From NCBI GenBank assembly GCA_965223415.1, contig OZ245002.1, forward strand, positions 4,064,001-4,128,000: DNA of 64,000 nt, read 5' to 3'. Positions 50,477 through 62,402 of the stretch are shown one piece after another. The stretch's first letter is position 1. The number at the start of each line of letters is the position of its first letter. The notes beneath the pieces were generated by a model. The model ran no database searches, was not told the DNA's origin, and saw only the letters and a program-made list of their open reading frames with translations. A program made the position numbers and the translations under genes. Origin of the DNA: Myxococcota bacterium (lineage in GTDB: Bacteria; Myxococcota_A; UBA9160; UBA6930).

Positions 50477-51252
50477 GCCGCCCCGACACGGCCCGGCGCC
50501 GCGCTCGCGCCCCGGTCCTCGGCCTGTTGCTGCTCGCCGGCTGCCGCACCCTCGGCGTGCCCGAGGGCGACGCCATCGCGACCGACGCGCCGGAGGTGCG
50601 CGCGGCCCTGGCCGATCTCGCCGCTCGCAGCGGCGCGCACCAGAGCCTTCGCGGCAGCGCCCGCGTCTCCCTCGAGGGGGCGCGGGGCTCGAGCTTCGCC
50701 CGCCACCTGGTGGTCCTGGAGCGGCCGGCGCGCATCCGGCTCGAGGTGATGGGCCTGGTCGGCCAGCGCGTGGCGGTGCTCGCCACCGACGGCGAGCGCT
50801 TCGATCTCTTCCGCGCCGAGACCGGCCAGGTCGAGAGCGGCGTCGTCCATCCCGGGCTGCTGGGGGAGGTGGCGGGGGTGCCGCTGGCCCCGGAGGAGCT
50901 GGTGGCGCTGCTGCTCGGCGGCCTGGCGGTTCCCGGAGAGGCGCCCCAGGAGGCCCGGCGCGGCGCCGACGGCCGGCTGGCCCTCGCCTGGCCGACCCTG
51001 CGCGCCGTCCTCGACGCGGAGGGCCGGCTCCGAGCGCTCCAGCTCCGGGACGCGGCCGGCGGCGAGCTGGTCGACGTGGCCTACGCCGATCACCGCCCCG
51101 CCGGCACGGGCTCCTTCGCCCACCAGGTCGAGCTGGACTTCGGCAGCCGCGGCCTGCGCGCCGAGGTGGAATTCCGACAGGTCGAGCTCGATCCGGTGCT
51201 CCCGGAAGGGCTGTTCCGCCTCGAGCTTGTATCCTCGTCGCCCGGGGGGTGA
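50473..51252 (+). CDS. LolB-like/DUF4292-type outer membrane lipoprotein
   Basis: Lipobox LLAGC, RPARIRLE, and terminal DPVLPEGLF typical of LolA/LolB-fold proteins; follows the TPR gene. Confidence 0.6.
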   Translation: MSRPDTARRRARAPVLGLLLLAGCRTLGVPEGDAIATDAPEVRAALADLAARSGAHQSLRGSARVSLEGARGSSFARHLVVLERPARIRLEVMGLVGQRVAVLATDGERFDLFRAETGQVESGVVHPGLLGEVAGVPLAPEELVALLLGGLAVPGEAPQEARRGADGRLALAWPTLRAVLDAEGRLRALQLRDAAGGELVDVAYADHRPAGTGSFAHQVELDFGSRGLRAEVEFRQVELDPVLPEGLFRLELVSSSPGG

Positions 51253-51253
51253 G

Positions 51254-53245
51254 ATGCGTCAGGGGGGATGGTTCCAGGCCCTGCTCGCGGCCGTGCTGGT
51301 CGTGAACACCGCGCTCCTGCTGGTGCTCGTGCTCCAGCAGGACAACCGGGAAGAGCGGATGATCCGCCAGTCCGCCCAGTTCCGGGAGCTGGCGGAGAGC
51401 ACCGATCGCGTGCGCGGGGAGCTGCGCAAGCTGACCCGGGCGATCGGGGCGGGGGACCTGTCCGGGCTGCCACGCGACGGCGGGGAGGGGACGTCTTCCG
51501 ACCGCACGTGGCTACATCCGGAGGTTCCGAACTTCCTGGAGCCCCACGACTTCGAGGTCGTGCCCGTGTCGGCGGAGAACACCGACGGGGAGCTCACACT
51601 CTTCTTCTCGCCCAGCGATCCCAAGGGCTTCAACAGCCTGATCGAGAACGCGGCGGACCTGTCCTTCATCGAGTCGCTCGTGTCTGAGACCCTCGCCAGT
51701 CGGATGTCCTTCACGGATCCGGACCGCTGGTACGGGGAGCTCGCAGAGCGGGTCGAGGTGACGGACGATGGCAAGACCTTCACGCTCTACCTCAAGCCCG
51801 GTGTGCGCTGGCATCGGCCGGGCGGAGTCGATCTGACGGATCCGCGCTACGCGTGGTTGGATCGCGATCACGAGGTGACGGCTCACGACGTGGCCTTCGT
51901 GCTCCGCATGATCAAGGACCCGCAGGTCCAGAACGGCTTCATCAAGAGCTACTACGCCGACCTCGAGAGCTGGAAGGTGATCGATGACCATACGCTCGAG
52001 GTGCGCTGGTCGAAGCGGATCTTCACTGCCCTGGCTTCGACGCTCGGGCTCGGGCCGGCTCCGGAGTTCCTCTATGCCTACGACGAAGAGGGCAACCGCT
52101 TCCCGGATGAGACGCTCGGGCTGAACCTCAACCAGCACTGGTACAACAACAAGGGCATCGTCGGGACCGGGCCCTATCGCTTCATGTCCTACGAGCCCGG
52201 TGAGCGCATCGTCATGGAGCGCAACGAGGACTACCACGGTGAGCTGCCGGCGGTTCGGCGTATCGTCTTCGAGATCGTCGCCGACGCGAACGTGCAGTTC
52301 CTGAAGCTCCGCTCGCACCAGCACGACTTCGGCTCCCTCAGACCCTCCGAGTATCGGGACTTCGTGAAGCCCTGGGAGGACGATCCGAGCAAGCCCCGAC
52401 CCGCCGACAATCCGTTCGTCGGTCCGGGCATGGCCAACGACCGGCGCTCCACGCCCGGCTACTTCTACATCGGCTGGAACGCCGACAAGCCGATCTTCGC
52501 CGACGCACGCGTGCGCAAGGCCATGACCCACGCCTTCGATCGACGGCGCCTGGTCGAGAACGTCTTCGTCGGGCTCGGCCAGGTGGCCGCCGGCCCCTAC
52601 CTCGCCGATTCGCCCTACGCGGATCCCTCGATCCGCCCGTGGCCCTTCGACCTCGTGCGCGCCCGCGAGCTCCTGGCCGAGGCGGGTTGGACGGACACCG
52701 ACGAAGACGGCCTGGTCGATCGAGACGTCGACGGAGACGGCGCCAGGGAGCCCTTCGAGTTCACCCTCTTGATCTACGCCTCGTCGAAGGAGATGGACTC
52801 CGTCGCCAACGTCTTGAAGGAGGACCTCCTCAAGGCCGGCGTACGCATGAAGATCGACAAGGCCGAATGGAGCCTCATGCAGAAGCGCATGGAGGAGCGC
52901 GACTTCGACGCCTTCACCGGCGGCTGGGCGATGGGCTGGGACGTCGACCTCTTCCAGATCTGGCATTCGAGCCAGGCCGATCTCCCCAAGGCCTCCAACA
53001 TGATCGGATTCCGCAATCCCGAGGCTGACGTGATCATCGAGGAGCTTCGCGAGACCTTCGACACCGAGGCCCGCGTTGCCCTTGCCCGGCGCTTTCACCG
53101 CATCGTGCACGAAGAGCAGCCCTATAGCTTCTTCTACGTGCGCGAGCGCTACTACACCTGGTGGGACGAGGTTCGCCGCGTGGTCTTTCCGAAGGTCCGT
53201 CCACTGGTCCGGCCGATGGCCTGGTGGGTCGCACCCGAGGTCTGA
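51254..53245 (+). CDS. Peptide/nickel ABC transporter substrate-binding protein (family 5), membrane anchored
   Basis: N-terminal TM plus coiled coil, VTAHDV, VGTGPY, YIGWN, VRKAMTHAFDR and QIWHSSQ. Confidence 0.9.
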   Translation: MRQGGWFQALLAAVLVVNTALLLVLVLQQDNREERMIRQSAQFRELAESTDRVRGELRKLTRAIGAGDLSGLPRDGGEGTSSDRTWLHPEVPNFLEPHDFEVVPVSAENTDGELTLFFSPSDPKGFNSLIENAADLSFIESLVSETLASRMSFTDPDRWYGELAERVEVTDDGKTFTLYLKPGVRWHRPGGVDLTDPRYAWLDRDHEVTAHDVAFVLRMIKDPQVQNGFIKSYYADLESWKVIDDHTLEVRWSKRIFTALASTLGLGPAPEFLYAYDEEGNRFPDETLGLNLNQHWYNNKGIVGTGPYRFMSYEPGERIVMERNEDYHGELPAVRRIVFEIVADANVQFLKLRSHQHDFGSLRPSEYRDFVKPWEDDPSKPRPADNPFVGPGMANDRRSTPGYFYIGWNADKPIFADARVRKAMTHAFDRRRLVENVFVGLGQVAAGPYLADSPYADPSIRPWPFDLVRARELLAEAGWTDTDEDGLVDRDVDGDGAREPFEFTLLIYASSKEMDSVANVLKEDLLKAGVRMKIDKAEWSLMQKRMEERDFDAFTGGWAMGWDVDLFQIWHSSQADLPKASNMIGFRNPEADVIIEELRETFDTEARVALARRFHRIVHEEQPYSFFYVRERYYTWWDEVRRVVFPKVRPLVRPMAWWVAPEV

Positions 53246-53251
53246 CAGGCG

Positions 53252-54700
53252 TTGCGCAGCTACATCGCCAAGCGCCTCCTGCTGATGATCCCGACCTTCT
53301 TCGGGATCTCCCTCGTGGTGTTCGTGGTGATGAACCTCGCTCCGGGGCATCCGGGCGGCACCCAGCTGGCGGCGGACCTGGCGGCGAGCGTGCGCGGCGC
53401 CGACACCCAGGAGTCCCACCGCATCTTCCGCGAGCAGTTCGGCCTGGATCGGCCGGTCCTCTTCAACACCTACATCTGGCTGGAGCGCGACGAGGTCGAG
53501 GCGGCACTGCGGGACCTGGCCGGCCACGAAGGGGCGACCCCCGCCGAGCGGGTGCGTGCCCAGGAGCGCATCGAAGACTGGGGGCGCTGGGCCGTTCCCG
53601 ACCTCGTGGCGGTGATGCGGGAGACGGCCGATCCGCTGATCCGCGATCTCGCGGTGTACGGCCTGCGCCTGGCCGCGAGGCGCCCCCTCGTCGATCCCTT
53701 CGCGAAAGGCCCCTCACCGGAGGTGCGCGCGGAGAACCAGCGCCGCAACGCGGAGAACGAGCGGATCCGGGGAATGCGCTATGCCCTGGACGCCCCGGAG
53801 GAGGCGAAGCAAGCGGTCGTCGCGGAGTGGTCGGCGTGGTTCGACGAGGTGCGCGGCCGGTTCGAGCTCGGCAACGCCGAGCGTGTTCGCGTCTTCTTCC
53901 TCGAGACCCGCTTCGCCCGGTACTGGGCCAACCTCCTGAAGCTCGACTTCGGCGTTTCGCTGGTCACGAAGGAGCCGGTCTTCACCACGTTGATGGAGAA
54001 GCTCCGCTACTCCCTCTCCCTCTCGCTGACCTCGCTGCTGCTCGGCTACCTGATCTCGCTCCCGATCGGCATCCACTCGGCCGTGTACAAGGACTCCTTC
54101 GCCGACCGCACGACCACCGTGACGCTCTTCATGCTCTATTCGCTGCCGAGCTTCTTCGTCGGGACGCTGCTGCTCTTCTGGTTCTCCGAAGGCTCGACGG
54201 TGTCGTGGCTGCGCTGGTTCCCGATCGGTGGGTGGCGCTCGCCGGGAGCCGACGAGATGACGAGCCTGGCGCAGATCCGGGACGTCACGTGGCACCTGGT
54301 GCTGCCCGTGGCGTGCATGACCTACGGCAGCTTCGCGGCCCTCTCGCGCTATATGCGCACCGGGCTCCTGGGCGTGATCCACTCGGACTACGTGCGCACG
54401 GCGCGGGCGAAGGGCCTGCCGGAGCACCAGGTGATCTTCACCCACGCGGTGCGCAACGGGCTCCTGCCGGTGATCACCCTGCTGGCCGGGCTGCTGCCGG
54501 CCATCCTCGGTGGCTCGGTGATCGTCGAGGTGATCTTCGACATCCCCGGTATGGGCCGCTGGCTGATCGAGTCGATCTACCAGCGGGACTACAACGTCAT
54601 CATGTCCGTACAGCTCCTCTCCACGCTGCTGGTGCTGTTCGGCATCCTGCTCTCGGATCTCGGCTACGCGCTGGTCGATCCGCGGATCCGGTACTCATGA
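53252..54700 (+). CDS. Peptide ABC permease (OppB/DppB-like) with a large loop insertion
   Basis: YIAKRLLLMIPT, LDFGVS, YVRTARAKG and IPGMG. Confidence 0.9.
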   Translation: MRSYIAKRLLLMIPTFFGISLVVFVVMNLAPGHPGGTQLAADLAASVRGADTQESHRIFREQFGLDRPVLFNTYIWLERDEVEAALRDLAGHEGATPAERVRAQERIEDWGRWAVPDLVAVMRETADPLIRDLAVYGLRLAARRPLVDPFAKGPSPEVRAENQRRNAENERIRGMRYALDAPEEAKQAVVAEWSAWFDEVRGRFELGNAERVRVFFLETRFARYWANLLKLDFGVSLVTKEPVFTTLMEKLRYSLSLSLTSLLLGYLISLPIGIHSAVYKDSFADRTTTVTLFMLYSLPSFFVGTLLLFWFSEGSTVSWLRWFPIGGWRSPGADEMTSLAQIRDVTWHLVLPVACMTYGSFAALSRYMRTGLLGVIHSDYVRTARAKGLPEHQVIFTHAVRNGLLPVITLLAGLLPAILGGSVIVEVIFDIPGMGRWLIESIYQRDYNVIMSVQLLSTLLVLFGILLSDLGYALVDPRIRYS

Positions 54701-55911
54701 GCCGCCAGCCGAGCGATCGCATCAGCTACTGGGCCGTCGTCCGAAACCAGTTCAAGAAGAACCGGCCCGCGGTGTGGGGCCTCTGGTGTGCGGTCGGGCT
54801 CTTCGTGCTGGCGACCGGGGCGCCGCTCCTCGCCCTCGACCAGCCCTTCTTCTGGAGCGCGCGCGGTGAGACCTCCTTTCCGCTATTCGCGGCGCTCTTC
54901 AACCGGCTCCAGTTCGAGAACGGCGTCGACATCTTCTTCAACCTGCTCCTCGTCCTCTCGCCCCTCTACGCGGGCTTCGTCTTCTGGCGCCGGCGCCGGG
55001 GCGGCTTGCGGCTGCGGGCGGCCCTGGGCCTCTTGGCCTTCCACCTGCTGGCGACGCTCCTGGTGGTGCCGGAGAGCTGGCTCGGGGTGGCGAACCCCCT
55101 CCACCGGGACGCGCCCATCGTCGACTACCGGGGCCAGGAGGCGGAGCTTCGCGCCGCCGGCGAGGACGTGACGGCGCTCTTCCCGCCGCGCCGCATCCAC
55201 TACCGCGAGACGAACCCGGAACGCAGCGTGCAGGCTCCTGGGGCGGCCTTCTGGCTCGGCACCGACCTGGAGGGGCGCGACGTGCTCGTGCGCATGCTCT
55301 ACGGCACGCGCATCTCCCTCACGATCGGTGTGGTGGCGGTGGCCATCTACGTGCTGATCGGCATCGTGCTCGGAGCCCTGGCCGGCTACTTCGGCGGCTG
55401 GATGGACGTGGTGGTCTCGCGGCTGATCGAGGTGATGATCTGCATCCCGAGCTTCTTCCTCATCCTCACCCTCGTCGCGCTGGTGCAGGACCGCTCCATC
55501 TTCCACGTGATGGTCATCATCGGCGTCACGAGCTGGACCGGCGTGGCGCGGCTGGTCCGCGCCGAGTTCCTGCAGCAGCGCGAGCTCGAGTACGCCCTGG
55601 CCGCTCGCGCCCTCGGGCTGCCGCGCTGGCGGGTGATCTTCCGCCACATCCTTCCCAACGCGATGGGGCCGGTGCTCGTCTCGGCCACCTTCGGCGTGGC
55701 CTCGGCGATCCTGATCGAGTCCGGCCTCGCCTTCCTCGGCCTGGGCGATCTCTCGGTGCCGAGCTGGGGCGAGACCCTCAACGCAGGGCGGCTCGAGATG
55801 AAGCTGTGGCTGATCCTGGCGCCGGGCCTCGCGATCTTCTTCGTGGTGAGCGTCTTCAACCTGGTGGGGGAGGGCCTGCGCGACGCCCTCGACCCGAAGC
55901 TCCGGACCTGA
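54697..55911 (+). CDS. Peptide ABC permease (OppC/DppC-like)
   Basis: [27 protein letters not shown] and [10 protein letters not shown]. Confidence 0.9.
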   Translation: MSRQPSDRISYWAVVRNQFKKNRPAVWGLWCAVGLFVLATGAPLLALDQPFFWSARGETSFPLFAALFNRLQFENGVDIFFNLLLVLSPLYAGFVFWRRRRGGLRLRAALGLLAFHLLATLLVVPESWLGVANPLHRDAPIVDYRGQEAELRAAGEDVTALFPPRRIHYRETNPERSVQAPGAAFWLGTDLEGRDVLVRMLYGTRISLTIGVVAVAIYVLIGIVLGALAGYFGGWMDVVVSRLIEVMICIPSFFLILTLVALVQDRSIFHVMVIIGVTSWTGVARLVRAEFLQQRELEYALAARALGLPRWRVIFRHILPNAMGPVLVSATFGVASAILIESGLAFLGLGDLSVPSWGETLNAGRLEMKLWLILAPGLAIFFVVSVFNLVGEGLRDALDPKLRT

Positions 55912-55913
55912 CG

Positions 55914-56884
<971 letters not shown>

Positions 56885-56888
<4 letters not shown>

Positions 56889-58348
56889 GCCGCGACGCGA
56901 CGCCGCTGCTCGAGGTCTCGGGCCTGGTGAAGTACTACCCGGTCACCGCGGGCGTGTTCTCCCGGGAGGTCGGGCGGGTGCGGGCCGTGGACGGCGTCTC
57001 CTTCGGCATCGCGCCGGGCGAGACCCTCGGTCTCGTGGGCGAGTCCGGCTGCGGCAAGACCACCGTCGGGCGCACGCTCCTCCGACTCGAAGAGCCCACC
57101 GCCGGCCGCGTGTGCTTCGAAGGCGAGGACCTTGCCGCGCTTCCCCGCGCCGAGCTGCGCGCCGTGCGGCGCTCGCTGCAGATGGTGTTCCAGGACCCGA
57201 TGAGCTCGCTGAACCCGCGCATGACGGTGCGGGACATCATCGGCGAGCCGCTGCGGGTGCACCGCCTGGCCAAGGGCGAGGCCCTCGACGCCCGGGTCGT
57301 CGAGCTGCTCGAGAAGGTCGGCTTGTCCGGCGCCTGGCGGAACCGCTACCCGCACGAGTTCTCCGGCGGCCAGCGCCAGCGCATCGGCGTGGCGCGGGCG
57401 CTGGCCCTGGGGCCGAAGCTGATCGTTTGCGACGAGGCGGTGAGCGCCCTCGACGTCTCCGTGCAGGCCCAGGTCCTGAATCTGCTGATCGACCTGCGGG
57501 CGGAGCTCGGCCTCTCCTACCTCTTCATCTCCCACGACTTGTCGGTGGTGCGGCACATCTCGGACCGCATCGCCGTGATGTATCTGGGGCAGATCGTGGA
57601 GATCGCGTCGGCGGCGCGGCTGTTCGACGACGCGGTGCACCCCTACACCCGGGCGCTGCTCTCCGCGATCCCCGTGCCGGACCCGCGCCGCCAGGTCGAG
57701 CGCATCGTGCTCGAGGGCGACGTGCCGAGCCCGATGCATCCGCCGCCGGGCTGCCGCTTCCACACCCGCTGCCCGGCCGTCATGGACCGCTGTCGCCGCG
57801 ACGTCCCGCCGGCGGTGGAGCTGCCCGACGGCCACGTGGTGAGCTGCTTCCTGGCGGACGCAGCGCCCGCGGACGGCGACTGGCGCCGGGCTACCGCCGA
57901 GCGCCGCCAGGCGGCCGAGGCCGCCCACGCCGAGTCGCGGCGGGTGGAGGCGACCGAGGAGGGGCCGCTCCGGGCGCAGGCCTCCCTCGGCGTGGAGCCC
58001 GAGCCGCCGCCGCCTACCTGGCTCACACGCCTGGTCCCGGCGGCTCTTGCGCTCGCGGCCCTCGCGCTCCTGATCGCCGCCTGGCCGGGAACCCGCGCGA
58101 CCCGGGCCCGGGAGGAGCACGCCGGCCTCGCCCGCGAGATCCACGCCTTCGCCGACGCCACCGGCGCCTGGCCCGAGCGACTCGGCGATCTCGGCTGGCG
58201 TCTCTACGAGGTGTTCGACGACGGCGAGCCCGTCGATCCCTGGGGCCGGCGCTGGGACTACTCGGCGGGGGAGGGTGGCTTCCGCCTGCGCAGCGCGGGG
58301 CCCGACGGAGCCCCCGGCAGCGACGACGACGTGGGCGGCGCGGGGTGA
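56885..58348 (+). CDS. Peptide ABC ATPase (OppF) fused to a TM helix and a GspG-like C-terminal domain
   Basis: [21 protein letters not shown] and GCRFHTRC, then [18 protein letters not shown], then DPWGRRWDY...[15 protein letters not shown]. Confidence 0.85.
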
Positions 58349-60324
58349 GGCCCGCCGTCGGCCTGCTGGCGTTGCCGCTCCTGGCGCTGCTCGGCATCGG
58401 CCTCACCTTCCGTGCCTCCCTCCAGGACCGCGCCGACTTCACCTTCGTGAACGGCACCGAGCCCACGACCCTGGATCCGGGCCTGATGACGGGGCAGCCC
58501 GAAGGCCGCATCGGCTGGGCCGTCTTCGAGGGGCTCACGCGACGCGATCCGGCGAGCCTGCGTCCGGTGCCGGGCGTCGCCCAGCGCTGGGACATCTCTC
58601 CGGACGGGCGCACCTACGTCTTTCACCTGCGAGCGGACGCGCGTTGGAGCGACGGGCGCCCCGTCACGGCCCACGACTTCGCCTACGCCTGGCGGCGTCT
58701 CCAGCTCCCGGAGCTCGGCAGCGAGTACGCCTACCTGCTCCACGGTGTCCGGGGCGCCGAGGCCCTGAACCGCTATGAGGCCCAGGCCGAGGCGCTACGG
58801 GGGCCGGTGCGCGCCGCTCTCGAAGCCCTGTCTTCGGAGGCGACCCTGCCCCCGGCCTGGGCGGACTTCGTCGGCCGACACGAGCTGGTGTCGACGGTGC
58901 GGGGCACGCGGGATCCCGTCCTCCTCGCCGGCCTGCGAGCGCCGCCGGCGGATCGCTCGGCCTTCCTGGCCGCCCTCACGAGGGAGGCCGATCGCCGCAG
59001 CGCCGAAGCGTCGCACGCCCGCGATCACTTCGGCCGCGACCTGGGCGTCTACGCCCGTGACGATCGCACCCTGGTGGTCGAGCTGGTGGCGGCGATCCCC
59101 TACTTCCTCGAGCTCACCGCCTTCTACGCCTCGTTCCCGGTCCCGCGCTGGGTCGTCGAGGTTCCCGGCAACGAGAGCGACTGGTTCCTGCCCGGGAAGA
59201 TCGTGTCGAACGGCGCCTTCGAGCTCGAGGCCTGGCGGATCGGCGACCGCGTCCGTCTGCGGCGCAGCGAGACCTACTGGGATCGCGCCAACGTGCCGTC
59301 GCGGACGATCGACGCGCTGCCCCTCGAGAACGTCACGACCGCGCTCAACCTCTACCTCTCCGGCGACGTGGACTGGATCCCCCGCTACCCGAGCGATCTG
59401 GTCGACGCACTGCGGGAGCGCCCGGACCACTACGACCACGCGGGCTTCATCACCTACTACTACCGGATCAACACCCGGCGCCCGCCCCTGGACGAAGCAA
59501 AGGTGCGCCTGGCCCTGGCCCTGGCCGTCGACCGGAAGGTCATCGTCGAGGAGGTGCTTCGCCTCGGCCAGCGGCCCGCCCGCCACATCGTGCCGCCGGG
59601 CGTTCCGGGCTACGAGCCGCCGCCCAGCGCCCTGGGCTTCGATCCCGCCCGGGCCCGGGCGCTGCTGGCAGAGGCCGGCTTCCCCGGCGGCGAGGGCTTC
59701 CCTGAGATCGGCATCCTCTACAACACCCTCGAGAGCCACAAGAAGATCGCCGAGCTGATCGCCGACCAGCTCGGTCGCCACCTGGGCATCTCGGTCAAGC
59801 CCTACAACCAGGAGTGGCAGTCCTATCTCGCGACGATGCGGTCCGGCGAGTACGACCTCGCCCGGGCCGGCTGGATCGGCGACTACCTCGACCCCAACAC
59901 CTTCCTCGACCTGTGGGTGACGAACGGCGGCAACAACCAGACCGGCTGGAGCGACGCCGGCTACGACCGCCTGATCGCCGCCGCCGGCGACGTCGACCGC
60001 TACGCCCGCGAGCCCTTCTTCGAGGGCCTCGCCGAGCCGGAGCGGGCGCGGGCCGCCCTGGCCCGGGCGCGGGAGGCCACCGACGTGCAGAGCCGCCGCC
60101 GGGAGCTCGCGGCCCTGCGCCTCCAGCTCCTGCGGGAGGCCGAGCGCATCCTCGTGGAGCGCGAGGTGCCCGTCCTCCCCATCTACTTCTACGTCGTCTC
60201 GGGCATGGTGCGCCCCGAGGTGGAGGGCTTCTACAGCGAGCTGCTCCAGCCCGACGGTCGCCGCCTGCCGAACCTCCAGGATCTCCATCCCCTGCGCTCG
60301 ATCCGCGTGCGGGGGCCCGGGTGA
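58345..60324 (+). CDS. Oligopeptide ABC substrate-binding protein (OppA-like) with helical insertions
   Basis: [40 protein letters not shown] and VLPIYFY. Confidence 0.9.
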   Translation: MRPAVGLLALPLLALLGIGLTFRASLQDRADFTFVNGTEPTTLDPGLMTGQPEGRIGWAVFEGLTRRDPASLRPVPGVAQRWDISPDGRTYVFHLRADARWSDGRPVTAHDFAYAWRRLQLPELGSEYAYLLHGVRGAEALNRYEAQAEALRGPVRAALEALSSEATLPPAWADFVGRHELVSTVRGTRDPVLLAGLRAPPADRSAFLAALTREADRRSAEASHARDHFGRDLGVYARDDRTLVVELVAAIPYFLELTAFYASFPVPRWVVEVPGNESDWFLPGKIVSNGAFELEAWRIGDRVRLRRSETYWDRANVPSRTIDALPLENVTTALNLYLSGDVDWIPRYPSDLVDALRERPDHYDHAGFITYYYRINTRRPPLDEAKVRLALALAVDRKVIVEEVLRLGQRPARHIVPPGVPGYEPPPSALGFDPARARALLAEAGFPGGEGFPEIGILYNTLESHKKIAELIADQLGRHLGISVKPYNQEWQSYLATMRSGEYDLARAGWIGDYLDPNTFLDLWVTNGGNNQTGWSDAGYDRLIAAAGDVDRYAREPFFEGLAEPERARAALARAREATDVQSRRRELAALRLQLLREAERILVEREVPVLPIYFYVVSGMVRPEVEGFYSELLQPDGRRLPNLQDLHPLRSIRVRGPG

Positions 60325-61436
60325 TCTCCGCCCTGCTGGCCGCCGGAGCCCTCCTCGCGATCGCGTCGATCGCGTTCCTGCCCCACGCAGTGACGCGCAT
60401 CCTGGGCGCGTCGCTGCTCGCCGGGCTGGTCTTCGTCTTCCTGCGTCACCTCACCGGCGACGCGGCGGCCGCGCTGGGCTGCGCGGCCCTGGCGGCTGCG
60501 GCCTGGCGCTGGCTTCCCGCCGCCGTGCTGCGGCGGGTCTCCTTCATGATTCCCTCGCTGGTGCTCCTGATCGGCGTCACCACTTGGCTCATGTACCTGG
60601 CGCCGGGCAATCCCTTCGCCCAGGAGAAGGCGATCGCGCCCCAGGTGGAGGCGGCGCTTCGGGAGCAGTACGGCGTGCCCGAGACGCCGCTCGCCTTCTT
60701 CGGCGTCTACATGCAGCGCCTCCTGGGCGAGGGCTCCCTGGGGCCCGCTCTCAAGGTGAAGGGTCGCAGTGTGCTGGACCTGCTGCTCCCGGCCCTGCCG
60801 GTGAGCCTCGGCCTGGGTGGGCTCGCGCTCTTCCTGGCCGTCGCCCTCGGCGTGGCGCTCGGTGTGCGCGCCGGCACGCGGCCGAACTCCCTCGCGGACC
60901 ACGCGAGCATGGGCCTCGCCCTGGTCGGCATCTCCCTGCCGAACTTCGTGATCGGTGCCGGGCTCATGATCGTGCTCGCCCTCGGCCTGGGCTGGCTGCC
61001 GGTCGCCGGCTGGGGCGGCTTCCGCCACGTCTGGATGCCCGCCATCACCCTGGCGCTGCCCCATGCCGCCACCATCGCGCGACTGGCCCGCAGCGGAACC
61101 TTGGAGGTGATGCAGGAGGACTGGATCCGCACCGCGCGGGCGAAGGGGCTCGCCGAGCGCCACGTCGTGTCCCGCCACGCGCTGCGCGTCGCCGTGCTGC
61201 CGGTGGTGTCCTACCTCGGACCGGCGGCCGCCGGCATCCTCACCGGCTCCTTCGTGGTGGAGACCCTGTTCGGCATCCCCGGCATGGGCCAGTGGTTCGT
61301 GAAGGGCGCCATCAACCGCGACTACTCGATCGTGCTCGGCACGGCGCTCTTCTACTGCGGCTTCATCACGCTCTTCAACCTGGCCGTCGACCTGGCCCTG
61401 GCCTGGCTCGACCCGCGGGCGCGGGACGCCACGTGA
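60321..61436 (+). CDS. Oligopeptide ABC permease (OppB) with extra N-terminal TM segments
   Basis: APGNPF, ISLPNFV, IRTARAKG, IPGMG and NRDY. Confidence 0.88.
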   Translation: MISALLAAGALLAIASIAFLPHAVTRILGASLLAGLVFVFLRHLTGDAAAALGCAALAAAAWRWLPAAVLRRVSFMIPSLVLLIGVTTWLMYLAPGNPFAQEKAIAPQVEAALREQYGVPETPLAFFGVYMQRLLGEGSLGPALKVKGRSVLDLLLPALPVSLGLGGLALFLAVALGVALGVRAGTRPNSLADHASMGLALVGISLPNFVIGAGLMIVLALGLGWLPVAGWGGFRHVWMPAITLALPHAATIARLARSGTLEVMQEDWIRTARAKGLAERHVVSRHALRVAVLPVVSYLGPAAAGILTGSFVVETLFGIPGMGQWFVKGAINRDYSIVLGTALFYCGFITLFNLAVDLALAWLDPRARDAT

Positions 61437-62308
61437 GCGCGCCTCTGATCGAGACGGCCGGCCCCTGGGTGCGCGCCTTCCGGCGGCTGCGGCGACACCG
61501 CGCCGCCATGGCCGGAGCCGCGATCCTCGCCTTCGTGCTCTTCGCCTGCTTCGTGCTGCCGTGGCTGCTCGGTCTCGACCCGAGCGCCACCGCGCCCGAG
61601 CTGCGTCATCAGCCGCCGTCCTGGCGGCACTGGTTCGGAACCGACGCCCTGGGCCGCGATCACCTGGCCCGCACGCTCATGGGCGGGCGCGTGTCGCTGC
61701 TCGTCGGCCTCGCCGCCACCGCCGCGTCGGTTACCCTGGGCGTCGCCTACGGCGCGGTGGCCGGCTTCTACGGCGGTCGCGTCGACGAGGCGATGATGCG
61801 CATCGTCGATTTCTTCTACGGCATCCCGTACATGTTCCTCGTCATCCTGGTGATGCTGATGTTCTCGGAGACGGCGCGAGGCGAGGCGCTGCCCGTCTTC
61901 CTGGCACTCGGCCTCGTGCAGTGGCTTACCATGGCGCGCATCGTGCGGGGCCAGGTGCTCACCCTGCGCGATCGCGACTTCGTCCTCGCGGCGCGGGTGC
62001 TCGGCGCCGCCGATGGTCGCATCCTGCTGCGCCACGTGCTCCCGAACGTGATGGGGCCGGTGGTGGTCTACGCCACCCTCACGGTGCCGGCGGTGATCCT
62101 GCTGGAGTCCTTCCTCTCCTTCCTCGGGCTGGGGGTGGAACTCTCCTGGGGCCAGCTCGTGGCCGAAGGCGTGGCAGTGGTGAACCCGATCGAGTCTCCC
62201 TGGTGGCTGCTCGCCTGGCCCGCGGCGTTCCTGGCGGCCACCCTTTTCGCCCTGAACTTCCTGGGTGACGGGTTGCGGGACGCATTCGACCCGAAGGGCG
62301 CTCCCTGA
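61433..62308 (+). CDS. Oligopeptide ABC permease (OppC)
   Basis: HWFGTDALGRD, GGRVSL, ARIVRGQ and GDGLRDAFDPK. Confidence 0.92.
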   Translation: MSAPLIETAGPWVRAFRRLRRHRAAMAGAAILAFVLFACFVLPWLLGLDPSATAPELRHQPPSWRHWFGTDALGRDHLARTLMGGRVSLLVGLAATAASVTLGVAYGAVAGFYGGRVDEAMMRIVDFFYGIPYMFLVILVMLMFSETARGEALPVFLALGLVQWLTMARIVRGQVLTLRDRDFVLAARVLGAADGRILLRHVLPNVMGPVVVYATLTVPAVILLESFLSFLGLGVELSWGQLVAEGVAVVNPIESPWWLLAWPAAFLAATLFALNFLGDGLRDAFDPKGAP

Positions 62309-62402
62309 AGCGGGCGTCGGGGGGCGAATCCCCCGGGCGCCGAGGCGCCTTCAGCTCCCGGTCGGCTCCACCGATGCAGAACGCCGGGGGGCTGTCTCGA
62401 CC

